DNA of 64,000 nucleotides, taken from IMG/VR virus record IMGVR_UViG_3300032240_000659, positions 64,135 to 128,134 of that record; one strand, written 5' to 3'. Shown piece after piece: positions 56,608 to 64,000 of the stretch. A program made the position numbers and the translations under genes. Every line of letters begins with the position of its first letter. The stretch's first letter is position 1. This DNA is from a virus. A model generated the notes under the pieces. That model had not been told where the DNA came from and did not search any database. It was given only the letters and a program-made list of their open reading frames with translations.

Positions 56608-56837
56608 GCTGTTAATGCTGAAGCCAATGTTGCCATTTCTTCCTTAGTTATAAAGAAATTATAAGTAGCAGTATCTTGTACTATGCCGTCTTTTAAACTT
56701 TCTTGAACCATATCAACACTGAACAAGCCTTTAGGGCTTAGTACTTCGTGTTTCTTTAGCAATAGGCGAAAACTGTCTTGCTCTTTAATAACTATTTCTT
56801 TATAGCTATCTTTAACCGATTCGTGTAATTGTGTCAT
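56604..56837 (-). CDS. Hypothetical protein
   Basis: Coupled to neighbours. Confidence 0.6.
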   Translation of the reverse strand: MTQLHESVKDSYKEIVIKEQDSFRLLLKKHEVLSPKGLFSVDMVQESLKDGIVQDTATYNFFITKEEMATLASALTA

Positions 56838-57097
56838 TGTAAGTTCCTTGGTCTATTAATATCTTCTAAAACAACACCAGCAATGCGTTCAAACTCTTCG
56901 TCAGAAACACTTTCATCCATGGCTAGTTCTTCTAAGTCAACGGGTCTGCTCATTAACTGGATTTCTTCTTTTGTCTTGCCTTCAAACATGCCTGTAATTT
57001 CTTTGACTAATTCGTCAAGTTCTTCTTGAGTGCCGTCAAAGTTATCAAAACACCCCGGCGCAAATTCAATTTTTGGGATTTTATTTTCTTCAGTCAT
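56834..57097 (-). CDS. Hypothetical acidic protein
   Basis: Start set at MTEENKIPKIEFAPGCFD (57097). Confidence 0.6.
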   Translation of the reverse strand: MTEENKIPKIEFAPGCFDNFDGTQEELDELVKEITGMFEGKTKEEIQLMSRPVDLEELAMDESVSDEEFERIAGVVLEDINRPRNLQ

Positions 57098-57485
57098 CGC
57101 CTTTAATGCTTTCAAAAGTTCTATACTTACCCAAAGCATTAATGTAGTCATCATATAACTTCGTTAGCTTTGGATGCTTAGCCTCTAGTTTAACATCTCT
57201 TTCGGGAATACACAAGACTTTTTCAATTGTCTTTAGCCGTTCTTCTAAATCTTGTCCGTTCAATACTAAGTTGCCTTTAACTTCTAATGAAGGAGGATTA
57301 GTTTGTTTAATTGTTAGTGCGGCATCGTACGGAGTAGTTGTAGTACCAGTAGTCCAAATAGTATTACCAGTACCGGCACCTGATGTTAAAAACTGTCCAG
57401 ATGTTGTTCCTGTTGTTAATGACGGAATAGCGCCATACCCTGGCGCCAATGTTCCGTTAGATTGTGTTGTTGTGAAGTACGCCAT
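57090..57485 (-). CDS. Hypothetical protein with Thr/Gly-rich N-terminus
   Basis: Low-complexity N-terminus plus helical C-terminus. Confidence 0.6.
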   Translation of the reverse strand: MAYFTTTQSNGTLAPGYGAIPSLTTGTTSGQFLTSGAGTGNTIWTTGTTTTPYDAALTIKQTNPPSLEVKGNLVLNGQDLEERLKTIEKVLCIPERDVKLEAKHPKLTKLYDDYINALGKYRTFESIKGDD

Positions 57486-57960
57486 TTTTTCTATTAGTCA
57501 AATAATTATCGTTGTGGATCCATTTATTTTTAACGAGGAATCCCCATTCACGACGTTGCGGTCCCGGCATAAACAGTGTCCATGCAGTAACATTGGGGTC
57601 AAGCTCAATTCGGTGATAACTTTTAGCACCGCATATACGAAAATGTCCAGGTCCACGCCACGTACATATTTCTCCAATCATTTCATTTTTATTATTGAAC
57701 ATTGGTGTCCATTCATAGTAGCCGCCTTTCAAGATCAATGTAGCATACGGCCACGGATGGTCATGGACATCATCCGGATCACCTTTGTGAAATTTGTGTA
57801 AGAATATGTTAAACGGAAAATTTTTTCTATCTTTTAAAAATAGATAATAGCGTGTTACTAATGGCTCGTTGCAGGTACGATCCATAATAATCCGCTTTCT
57901 ATCGTAATTTTCTAAAAATGAAAAAAATTTATTTTTTATCTTTTGGATTATCATATTCAT
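57457..57960 (-). CDS. Cupin-fold protein (metal-binding HxH)
   Basis: LHKF...DVHDHPW...LILKGGYYE...YHRIEL...WTLFM pattern. Confidence 0.7.
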   Translation of the reverse strand: MNMIIQKIKNKFFSFLENYDRKRIIMDRTCNEPLVTRYYLFLKDRKNFPFNIFLHKFHKGDPDDVHDHPWPYATLILKGGYYEWTPMFNNKNEMIGEICTWRGPGHFRICGAKSYHRIELDPNVTAWTLFMPGPQRREWGFLVKNKWIHNDNYLTNRKNGVLHNNTI

Positions 57961-58309
57961 CCTTTACAAGGTAATAGGTTGTTTTAAACTTTTGAAATGC
58001 AATTTCCAGGCCAGGATATTCTTTACACATTTTTTCAATCCTGGTCCAATCAGGCCAACTGTCAATAAACTCTGTAGGCCCCTTCCAAATATTTTCAAAA
58101 CTTGACCCAGCACTGCTAATATTAACACCGCCACCTGTTAGTGTTATATTTCCTATATTTCCTGTAGCACCTACTGTACTGTAGTAATAATTCGAACTGG
58201 CATTACTCATAGTTATACTACTAGTATACTTAGATGGATCAATTGTAATAGTACTAATTGTATCAGTTAATATTGTTGAGTAGTCCGGTTGCACTGAAGA
58301 ATTGCTCAT
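57929..58309 (-). CDS. Hypothetical protein with Ser/Thr-rich N-terminus
   Basis: Low-complexity N-terminus; MCKEYPGLEIAFQKFKT C-terminal helix. Confidence 0.6.
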   Translation of the reverse strand: MSNSSVQPDYSTILTDTISTITIDPSKYTSSITMSNASSNYYYSTVGATGNIGNITLTGGGVNISSAGSSFENIWKGPTEFIDSWPDWTRIEKMCKEYPGLEIAFQKFKTTYYLVKDEYDNPKDKK

Positions 58310-59360
58310 GTAATACCTCCACTTGTTTTTGTATGTGTGGCAATCGAGTCATATAGTTATCCATATGTTGCATAATTGCAAAACATAAATTAGGACGATG
58401 TATTTGGTATGCTTCAAAATTCTCAGTCCATGTACTAGGATATTTAAATGTATCAAATGCCATTTCGCTATAACTAAGTCTATCTGGGACTAATGGTATA
58501 GCATCTACTACTGCACCTTCATACCAACTAATACCTAGCGTTTCTTGTAAGTTAGCACTAAACACCATTTTAGCTTCGCCTAACAATGTATGATATTCAT
58601 GTTTTGTTAGTTGTTGATCCTGACACACTACAAATTCATATTGCGGTAAGTGTGTAGCTAAGTCTCGAAAAATCTCAACTTGCTTCTCTGGTGCAATACG
58701 GTGCGGAAACAAGATCATATCTCGTTTCTTCATGCCTTTATAAGGTGCAAGAATATCTAACATATATTCCATAGGCCAACCAGTACGCACAATCTTGCCT
58801 GAGTCATAGCGTTCAGCCCAATCTTCTTCCCACCATGGATTTTCTTTTTTGTAGCCATCTTCTAGTAGCTCTTCAAAAAATAACTTAACGTGAAATTCGG
58901 TGGCAAAGTAGTTATGATCAAACGCATGGAAGAAACTCTTCTCAGCATGTCTAACCCATTTCTTTTTACCAACTAGTCGACCTAAAAAGTCTTGAGGATC
59001 ATAACTGCCAGCATGCCACAGGCCATGTGTGGTTACTGGAATGCCCAACAACTCACTCATGTACTTTAGATTAATGATACCTGGGTGCCAAGCATCAGTA
59101 AAAATAAAGTGATCGCCGGAATGAACGGCTCCACTGCAAAATAGTCGACCCATCTGCCCAACCTGGTCTGCCTTATATATATTGGTACCACCAAAATTAA
59201 GGAAAGCACCAGGAGTAGTGGCAGTAGGAATATCCGTAGGGCCAGCGATAATTTGAACATTGTGTCCTGCCTTTCGTAAGAGATCAGGTACATGAGTCTT
59301 CCATTGACCCGTGTACCTAGTTTCTACTGCTTCTAAATCAACGAGAAAAACGTTCGGCAT
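58263..59360 (-). CDS. GT-B glycosyltransferase (GT4-like)
   Basis: FPHRIAPEKQ and ETLGISWYE (E-x7-E) nucleotide-sugar motifs. Start set at MPNVFLVDLE (59360). Confidence 0.85.
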   Translation of the reverse strand: MPNVFLVDLEAVETRYTGQWKTHVPDLLRKAGHNVQIIAGPTDIPTATTPGAFLNFGGTNIYKADQVGQMGRLFCSGAVHSGDHFIFTDAWHPGIINLKYMSELLGIPVTTHGLWHAGSYDPQDFLGRLVGKKKWVRHAEKSFFHAFDHNYFATEFHVKLFFEELLEDGYKKENPWWEEDWAERYDSGKIVRTGWPMEYMLDILAPYKGMKKRDMILFPHRIAPEKQVEIFRDLATHLPQYEFVVCQDQQLTKHEYHTLLGEAKMVFSANLQETLGISWYEGAVVDAIPLVPDRLSYSEMAFDTFKYPSTWTENFEAYQIHRPNLCFAIMQHMDNYMTRLPHIQKQVEVLHEQFFSATGLLNNIN

Positions 59361-59607
59361 TATTTTTATTCTCGTAGCGTGGTTTATAATTATTACCACT
59401 CCGATTAAAGTCACCTCGCGGCTTCCTTGGACGAGTTGAATGCCAGTATTGATTCCATACTTGACTTTCCCTATTGTATAAATTTGCTTCATCAAACGGT
59501 AAGAGTTCAATTCTACAAAAATCGTGGAATTTTTCTAGATCGTCAAAAATCTTAACAATCTCAGGTTTAGCTCCCCAATAGTTAATGTCTCGATAGTTTT
59601 TAGCCAT
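59338..59607 (-). CDS. Hypothetical protein
   Basis: 89 aa; KIFDDLEKFHDFCR..L..FDEA.LY core and Arg/Asn-rich tail. Confidence 0.65.
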   Translation of the reverse strand: MAKNYRDINYWGAKPEIVKIFDDLEKFHDFCRIELLPFDEANLYNRESQVWNQYWHSTRPRKPRGDFNRSGNNYKPRYENKNNAERFSR

Positions 59608-59619
59608 AATAGCTTTTCC

Positions 59620-60009
59620 TTAATACTTAATAAATGAACCATTTTCTCCGTCTTCGGAGACCTCAATCCAAACCTCACGGTTAGGATACTTATTGGAGAT
59701 AGCGTCAAACAAATCGCCTGACATCATCTCGCAACTCTTGTAATCTAATTGGAGTGTACCTTCTGCATACAATTTTTCCAACCAACGTTTAAACTGAATA
59801 AATTCGATATCGCGATCGTCGTGTGTAACACTAATCCAAACTTTAAAGTGGAAGATGTGACGATGCGGATAGCCTAGGAAACTTACATCATACTCGTCAC
59901 CTGTAGCAAGCGCCGGATCTGTTAGTGCTGCCGGGTATTTGTGCATACCTTCTTTACAAAAGGTAACCCATATCATTTTGTTAGGACGAACGTCTTGTCT
60001 AATTATCAT
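59620..60009 (-). CDS. dpdL: QueD-like T-fold enzyme, LxxxHRHxF type (DpdL-like, predicted CDG decarboxylase)
   Basis: EGMH, LGYPHRHIF, RDIEF, SCE, EVSEDGENG; lacks the CxxxHGH motif of canonical QueD. The DpdL assignment rests on a recalled motif. Confidence 0.6.
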   Translation of the reverse strand: MIIRQDVRPNKMIWVTFCKEGMHKYPAALTDPALATGDEYDVSFLGYPHRHIFHFKVWISVTHDDRDIEFIQFKRWLEKLYAEGTLQLDYKSCEMMSGDLFDAISNKYPNREVWIEVSEDGENGSFIKY

Positions 60010-60545
60010 AATGCTTTATCTTCTTTGTATTTGCTCCAAGGCGTAAATTTAGAGCGGTCTTGTAATGTGTGTAGGCTATGAGACCATACACCTGGATTTG
60101 TTGCTTTAAAATCTTTATCGTCGATTTTAATCATTGTATTATAATTCCATAATTTAATATAGGGAATTGGTACTCTTATTTGCGGAATAAAATTTTCATA
60201 TGAGCATAATCCGCCTTCGTGAAATTCTTCAACTGCGCTCATAGGAATATCTAAACTACACCAAAAATCTTTTTGCAGAAAATACTCAATCATATCTTCC
60301 CAAGATTTCCAGTCTAGCGCAGATACTGGATCAAAACTATGATTAGCACCAAAGAAAATGTGCTTAATATGCTTTGATGTATCTGTATAAGAATTGTCTT
60401 CCGCAAGTAAGTGTTCAATTATTTGTTTATCTTGTATGCCAGTAACAAATAATGTCCGCATACCAAATGCAGGAGTGTGCTCAACTTCAATGCCTGTAAA
60501 AAATTGAACATTGTCTTTTGTACCATCTGCATAATCACGATTCAT
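60006..60545 (-). CDS. Hypothetical protein in the deazaguanine cluster
   Basis: 179 aa; GIEVEHTPAFG..TLFV, FFGANHSF, KIDD.DF..TNPGVW motifs. Confidence 0.75.
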   Translation of the reverse strand: MNRDYADGTKDNVQFFTGIEVEHTPAFGMRTLFVTGIQDKQIIEHLLAEDNSYTDTSKHIKHIFFGANHSFDPVSALDWKSWEDMIEYFLQKDFWCSLDIPMSAVEEFHEGGLCSYENFIPQIRVPIPYIKLWNYNTMIKIDDKDFKATNPGVWSHSLHTLQDRSKFTPWSKYKEDKAL

Positions 60546-60786
60546 TTTTTTCCGCCTTTGATTGTTCGTATACTTTAAACATTCGACTTACATCTTCCAT
60601 GCGTTTTTGAAAAACATCAGGTGAACCTTCTGCCGCACGAGTCATATCGTACTCGCTAGGATAATGCCGCAAACAATATCTAGCACTATCTTTAATTGCT
60701 TTTGGTACCCGAGGAGTAGTTAAGATCTCTAATAGAAATCTTTGAGTCTGTACTACTGCTCGATACCTTTCGTCTGGTAATGTCAT
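60535..60786 (-). CDS. Small conserved phage hypothetical protein
   Basis: MTLPDERYRA...TPRVPK...LRHYP pattern, recalled from other phage genomes. Confidence 0.65.
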   Translation of the reverse strand: MTLPDERYRAVVQTQRFLLEILTTPRVPKAIKDSARYCLRHYPSEYDMTRAAEGSPDVFQKRMEDVSRMFKVYEQSKAEKNES

Positions 60787-62546
60787 TCTTTTGCCTGTAA
60801 TTCTAGCTGGTCTAATTTTGATATCTCTTCTTCGGTAAATTCTTCACCATGCTCTAATTGTACAGGTTCGTCCTCTACATAGTCAAACAAATTGGTAAAG
60901 TGGGTAGATGCATTAACCGTTTTCTTACCAGTAGCACCTCGGGTACCAATGATAGCTTGCCAAAATTTATCAAATGATTCAATAATCATTTCAGCATCTG
61001 CTCTGTTCGGTGTGGCAAAAATAGCATCTACAATATCTCTAAAGTAAATTCTATCAAATTTTTCTTGCACTAACATAGCAGGCACACTACCTTTATCGTA
61101 TTGACGATTGGCTTCTTGTACTGCATTAATGTGACTCCATACGTTATGACCCATTTGGATTGCATAACTAAACGAATCCCAACTTGTTCGATTACTAACT
61201 TTGCCTAGCTTGTTAAAGTCTGGCTGAACAATCCAATCGGCTGGATTCATTGGGTCTGGATCTTTAATACCTGGCATAGGAGTACCTGCACCATATATAC
61301 AAATATCTTTCATTTGAACAGTATCCATTAACGGACTAGATTCAAAATTTTCAAAGATTTTGTCTTGTATTACTCCGTCTTTAAAGAGTCGTGTGTCGGC
61401 TGCGTATTTTTTGTCGTCAGCAGACGGCACCATTCGGTAGACCCATTTTGTTCGATTAACTGTTTCTGTTTGGATGTAGATTTGTCCGTTTGCTGTTGCC
61501 AAAAACGGTGAGGCGCAGTCAAAAGATATGGTAAAGTTTTCATTGTGGTATTTCCTTACTGCTCGTTGTATATCAGTTAATAAAGTTGCCCACTCTAGTT
61601 TAGAGGTGCCCAGGAAGTGCATCCAGTCTTGATGACCCTGTTCAAGGAGCCCGTCAAACTTTAATGCTACTAATCTTTTTAATACCAGATGGATGTCGCA
61701 CATGTTCTGCCCACCCATCGCCCATCCGTTAAATGGTTTATCATACTTTTTAGGATCGCAGAAGTCTTTCATTGATTGATACCAACGTTCTGCTTGATCA
61801 TGAGTTTCGCCTTGAAGAACATTTAAGAACTTACAAGAACCTGTGCGATGTTTAATCCAATATTCGTTATTGTATTTGGTTGCTTCAACAGCTTCGTCAT
61901 AACTTGTGATACCAGTTGCTTTACGTCCAGCAGGACTACGTTCAACCCATGCTGGAATATCAAGTACCATACCATAGTCCATAAGTGCATCCATCCAGGT
62001 TAATACCTGTGTACGTTTCTTATGTGCCGCATCTAGTCTTGCTTGGTATAGCTTAACATGATCAACTTTAGTATGTTTAGGATTGCCATTCTTATCTAGT
62101 TTAGGACTTCCTGATGCATCTAATTGCGGAACTAATTCAATGCCCTTGGCAACGGCTTCTGCCATACGTTGTGCAACTACAGGACCGTTTGGATCATTCC
62201 ATTCGCCTTCCCACACACCTTTACCAATCTGAAAGCCTCCGGAGTCGCCCAACACCCATGACGTTGAGCGATCTCGTTTACGAAACATGTCCTCGCCTTC
62301 GTCTGGTTTATTAAGATCTAAATTAGCATGACCCGCTGAGTACAAACACCATTTGTAATAAAACTCGCCTATCTCGGGTTCTAGATAGTTAAGACTATCC
62401 ATACCATGTCCCCAATGTTGCGGAATACGTGCAGGATCTACATAGTTTCCATAGTGTTGTTTTCCTATGAATGTTGCATAGAATCCACTAGTTGCCGGCA
62501 AAAAGACAGCGTAGTCTGACTGTGTTGCGGTTAAGTTTCTATTCAT
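60783..62546 (-). CDS. dpdA: Guanine transglycosylase, TGT/DpdA family (probable DNA 7-deazaguanine insertase)
   Basis: GDSGGFQI, VLDIP, LNVLQG, GWAMGG, MHFLG, SFDCASP TGT-barrel motifs; no CxCxxC zinc site of tRNA TGTs; clustered with folE and queE. Confidence 0.85.
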   Translation of the reverse strand: MNRNLTATQSDYAVFLPATSGFYATFIGKQHYGNYVDPARIPQHWGHGMDSLNYLEPEIGEFYYKWCLYSAGHANLDLNKPDEGEDMFRKRDRSTSWVLGDSGGFQIGKGVWEGEWNDPNGPVVAQRMAEAVAKGIELVPQLDASGSPKLDKNGNPKHTKVDHVKLYQARLDAAHKKRTQVLTWMDALMDYGMVLDIPAWVERSPAGRKATGITSYDEAVEATKYNNEYWIKHRTGSCKFLNVLQGETHDQAERWYQSMKDFCDPKKYDKPFNGWAMGGQNMCDIHLVLKRLVALKFDGLLEQGHQDWMHFLGTSKLEWATLLTDIQRAVRKYHNENFTISFDCASPFLATANGQIYIQTETVNRTKWVYRMVPSADDKKYAADTRLFKDGVIQDKIFENFESSPLMDTVQMKDICIYGAGTPMPGIKDPDPMNPADWIVQPDFNKLGKVSNRTSWDSFSYAIQMGHNVWSHINAVQEANRQYDKGSVPAMLVQEKFDRIYFRDIVDAIFATPNRADAEMIIESFDKFWQAIIGTRGATGKKTVNASTHFTNLFDYVEDEPVQLEHGEEFTEEEISKLDQLELQAKE

Positions 62547-62680
62547 TTAGCAAATTTATCCAAGAATTTTTGATGTTTACTTTCGGGCAATACTGGTTCC
62601 GGAGCAAATTGATCGTCATATGCTGTCGAGCTTGTGCTACACCAAGTAGTGTATGGTCCTTTTCTCTTGCGGCATTCATA

Positions 62681-63412
62681 TTATTTGCTCTGTGCTGGTA
62701 AAATATAATCGTATTGAGCAATACCACTATCAACAGTGATTTGCAATGCACCTGCATCGGCAATACGTACAGTTTTATCGCCGGCCAAGTTAAGAATACT
62801 CATAACTTGAACAACTGGCCAAGACCATGTTGATTTTAGTCGACCAGTCACGTTTGATTGGAATGTAAAGCTACCTGCATGGGTGCTTGCATCACCAAAA
62901 CTAAAAACTAATTCGCTACCATCTGTCTTAACTTGGAAAACACTTTCTTCGCTATGTGCTTGTGCTTGAAATTTTAATTTCTGAATACTAGCAACTAATG
63001 GTTCAAATTCAATATCCCACTTAGCGCCTTTAAACTTCACTGACTTTAACTTTTCGTTAATAATGTCTTGGTTCATAAAGCGATAGTCATTTTCAAAATC
63101 TCCAGTGCTATTTTGAAAATGCAAACCAGTTGGGATATCTTCACCATTACGATTTTGCTTAACTACACGAATGCCTGCACCTTCTTTGTACTCCGGGCAT
63201 TTTAAATGCAGATCCAATTTGTTTAAGTTAGGCATACCAAATGTGCCTTCAAACTCATCTATTGGGGTATGTGTCTTAGCGTTCAAAATAACTGAACGAT
63301 CTTCAGCCATTGATTCGATAACAGTTTCCGCTGTTGATGCAGAAACTTTAACTAACGGCAAAAAGCCTAGGCTGTGTGTATGTGCTACTAAATCTTGTAA
63401 AAAGTCTTTCAT
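62681..63412 (-). CDS. gp45: DNA polymerase sliding clamp (gp45-like)
   Basis: About 240 aa with a two-domain beta pattern (FGMPNLNKL, NDYRFM, YDYILPA); has its own promoter. Confidence 0.6.
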   Translation of the reverse strand: MKDFLQDLVAHTHSLGFLPLVKVSASTAETVIESMAEDRSVILNAKTHTPIDEFEGTFGMPNLNKLDLHLKCPEYKEGAGIRVVKQNRNGEDIPTGLHFQNSTGDFENDYRFMNQDIINEKLKSVKFKGAKWDIEFEPLVASIQKLKFQAQAHSEESVFQVKTDGSELVFSFGDASTHAGSFTFQSNVTGRLKSTWSWPVVQVMSILNLAGDKTVRIADAGALQITVDSGIAQYDYILPAQSK

Positions 63413-63432
63413 GAGAATCTCCTGTAAATGTG

Positions 63433-63461
63433 ATTATATTTAGATCTGTGTTTAAAGTCAA
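63433..63461 (-). promoter_or_regulatory. Sigma70 promoter with overlapping TAAATA late motif, upstream of the clamp gene
   Basis: TTGACT-N17-TATAAT; TAAATA at 63437-63442; ACAGGAG RBS. Confidence 0.8.
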
Positions 63462-64000
63462 GTGTTTTTTCTTACTTTATTATTATAATTGATGGCAGAT
63501 TCCACCAATGTTGCTGGTGATCCTACCGCATCTGCCCATTGTACAAATGCAGTAGTATCTTTGGGGAAACAAGCACCTCCCCAACCGTATTCACCATCCG
63601 GGCCCGGAACCATAGTATGGCCTGCACCAATGCGCTGATCCGAAGCGATTATTTGCCTAACAGTATCAAAATCTGTACCAGTCTTTGTACATAGGTCAAA
63701 TATCTGGTTAAAAAAGGATGTTTTTAATGCTAGGAAACTGTTTGTTGCATATTTTACCAAACATGCTTCTTCAATAGTGCAATGGAACACTATAGAACAA
63801 GTTGGTAGTGTAGTTTGAAATACTTCGTGCCAGAAGTAGTCTGGATCCTCCCCGCCAATAACAACATATTTTTGAGTTAAAAAATCTTGATTAGCACTTC
63901 TAGCTCTTAGGAATTCGGGACTAAACACAATGCTATGATCATTATATTGATTAATAATAGATCTAGCAACTTCTGGAGTCACTGTGCTCTTAATTAATAC
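63458..64000 (-). CDS. ugd: UDP-glucose/GDP-mannose 6-dehydrogenase family protein, partial (5' end outside window)
   Basis: LIKSTV, SPEFLR, KY..NSFLA.K..FFN, GWGGACFPKD (catalytic Cys); the frame stays open to the window edge. Confidence 0.85.
   Translation of the reverse strand, partial: VLIKSTVTPEVARSIINQYNDHSIVFSPEFLRARSANQDFLTQKYVVIGGEDPDYFWHEVFQTTLPTCSIVFHCTIEEACLVKYATNSFLALKTSFFNQIFDLCTKTGTDFDTVRQIIASDQRIGAGHTMVPGPDGEYGWGGACFPKDTTAFVQWADAVGSPATLVESAINYNNKVRKNT

Noticed and set aside
59361-59510. 50-aa N-terminal extension of the glycosyltransferase in the track
   Set aside because: It lies inside the 59338-59607 gene; the GT-B fold starts at MPNVFLVD (59360).
53400-62546. Inteins in the QueE or DpdA insertions
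   Set aside because: The inserts are only about 40-55 aa and lack intein N-terminal C/S and C-terminal HN motifs.
1-64000. Stop-codon reassignment as in some jumbo phages
   Set aside because: Genes, including the 13.3-kb ORF, are full length and tightly packed under the standard code.

Overview
This is a 64-kb segment of a large T4-related myovirus (jumbo-type phage) genome, read with the standard genetic code. It has three transcriptional blocks. (1) Minus strand, 1-5519: gp55-type late sigma factor, gp47/gp46 recombination nuclease, small ORFs and a GIY-YIG nuclease, then a ~450-bp non-coding, hairpin-rich element and a partial late gene. (2) Plus strand, 5600-45284: contractile-tail baseplate genes (hub, gp53-like, gp5-like, gp25, gp6), a 4433-aa multidomain baseplate/adhesin protein, a repeat-containing fibre, a sedolisin (S53) protease, four paralogous fibres and a GT-A glycosyltransferase cluster. 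(3) Minus strand, 45232-64000: thyX, a MoxR ATPase with a vWA-metallopeptidase partner, RNase H, a sliding clamp and a 7-deazaguanine DNA-modification locus. That locus holds queE, folE, a QueD-like LxxxHRHxF protein and a TGT/DpdA, with a GT-B glycosyltransferase, a PRTase, a cupin, an unknown 179-aa protein and a UDP-sugar dehydrogenase interleaved or adjacent. The best candidate for a new system is a sugar-hypermodified 7-deazaguanine pathway. The next best are the structured non-coding element and the protease inside the tail module. All protein calls come from motif recognition by eye; no database search was run.
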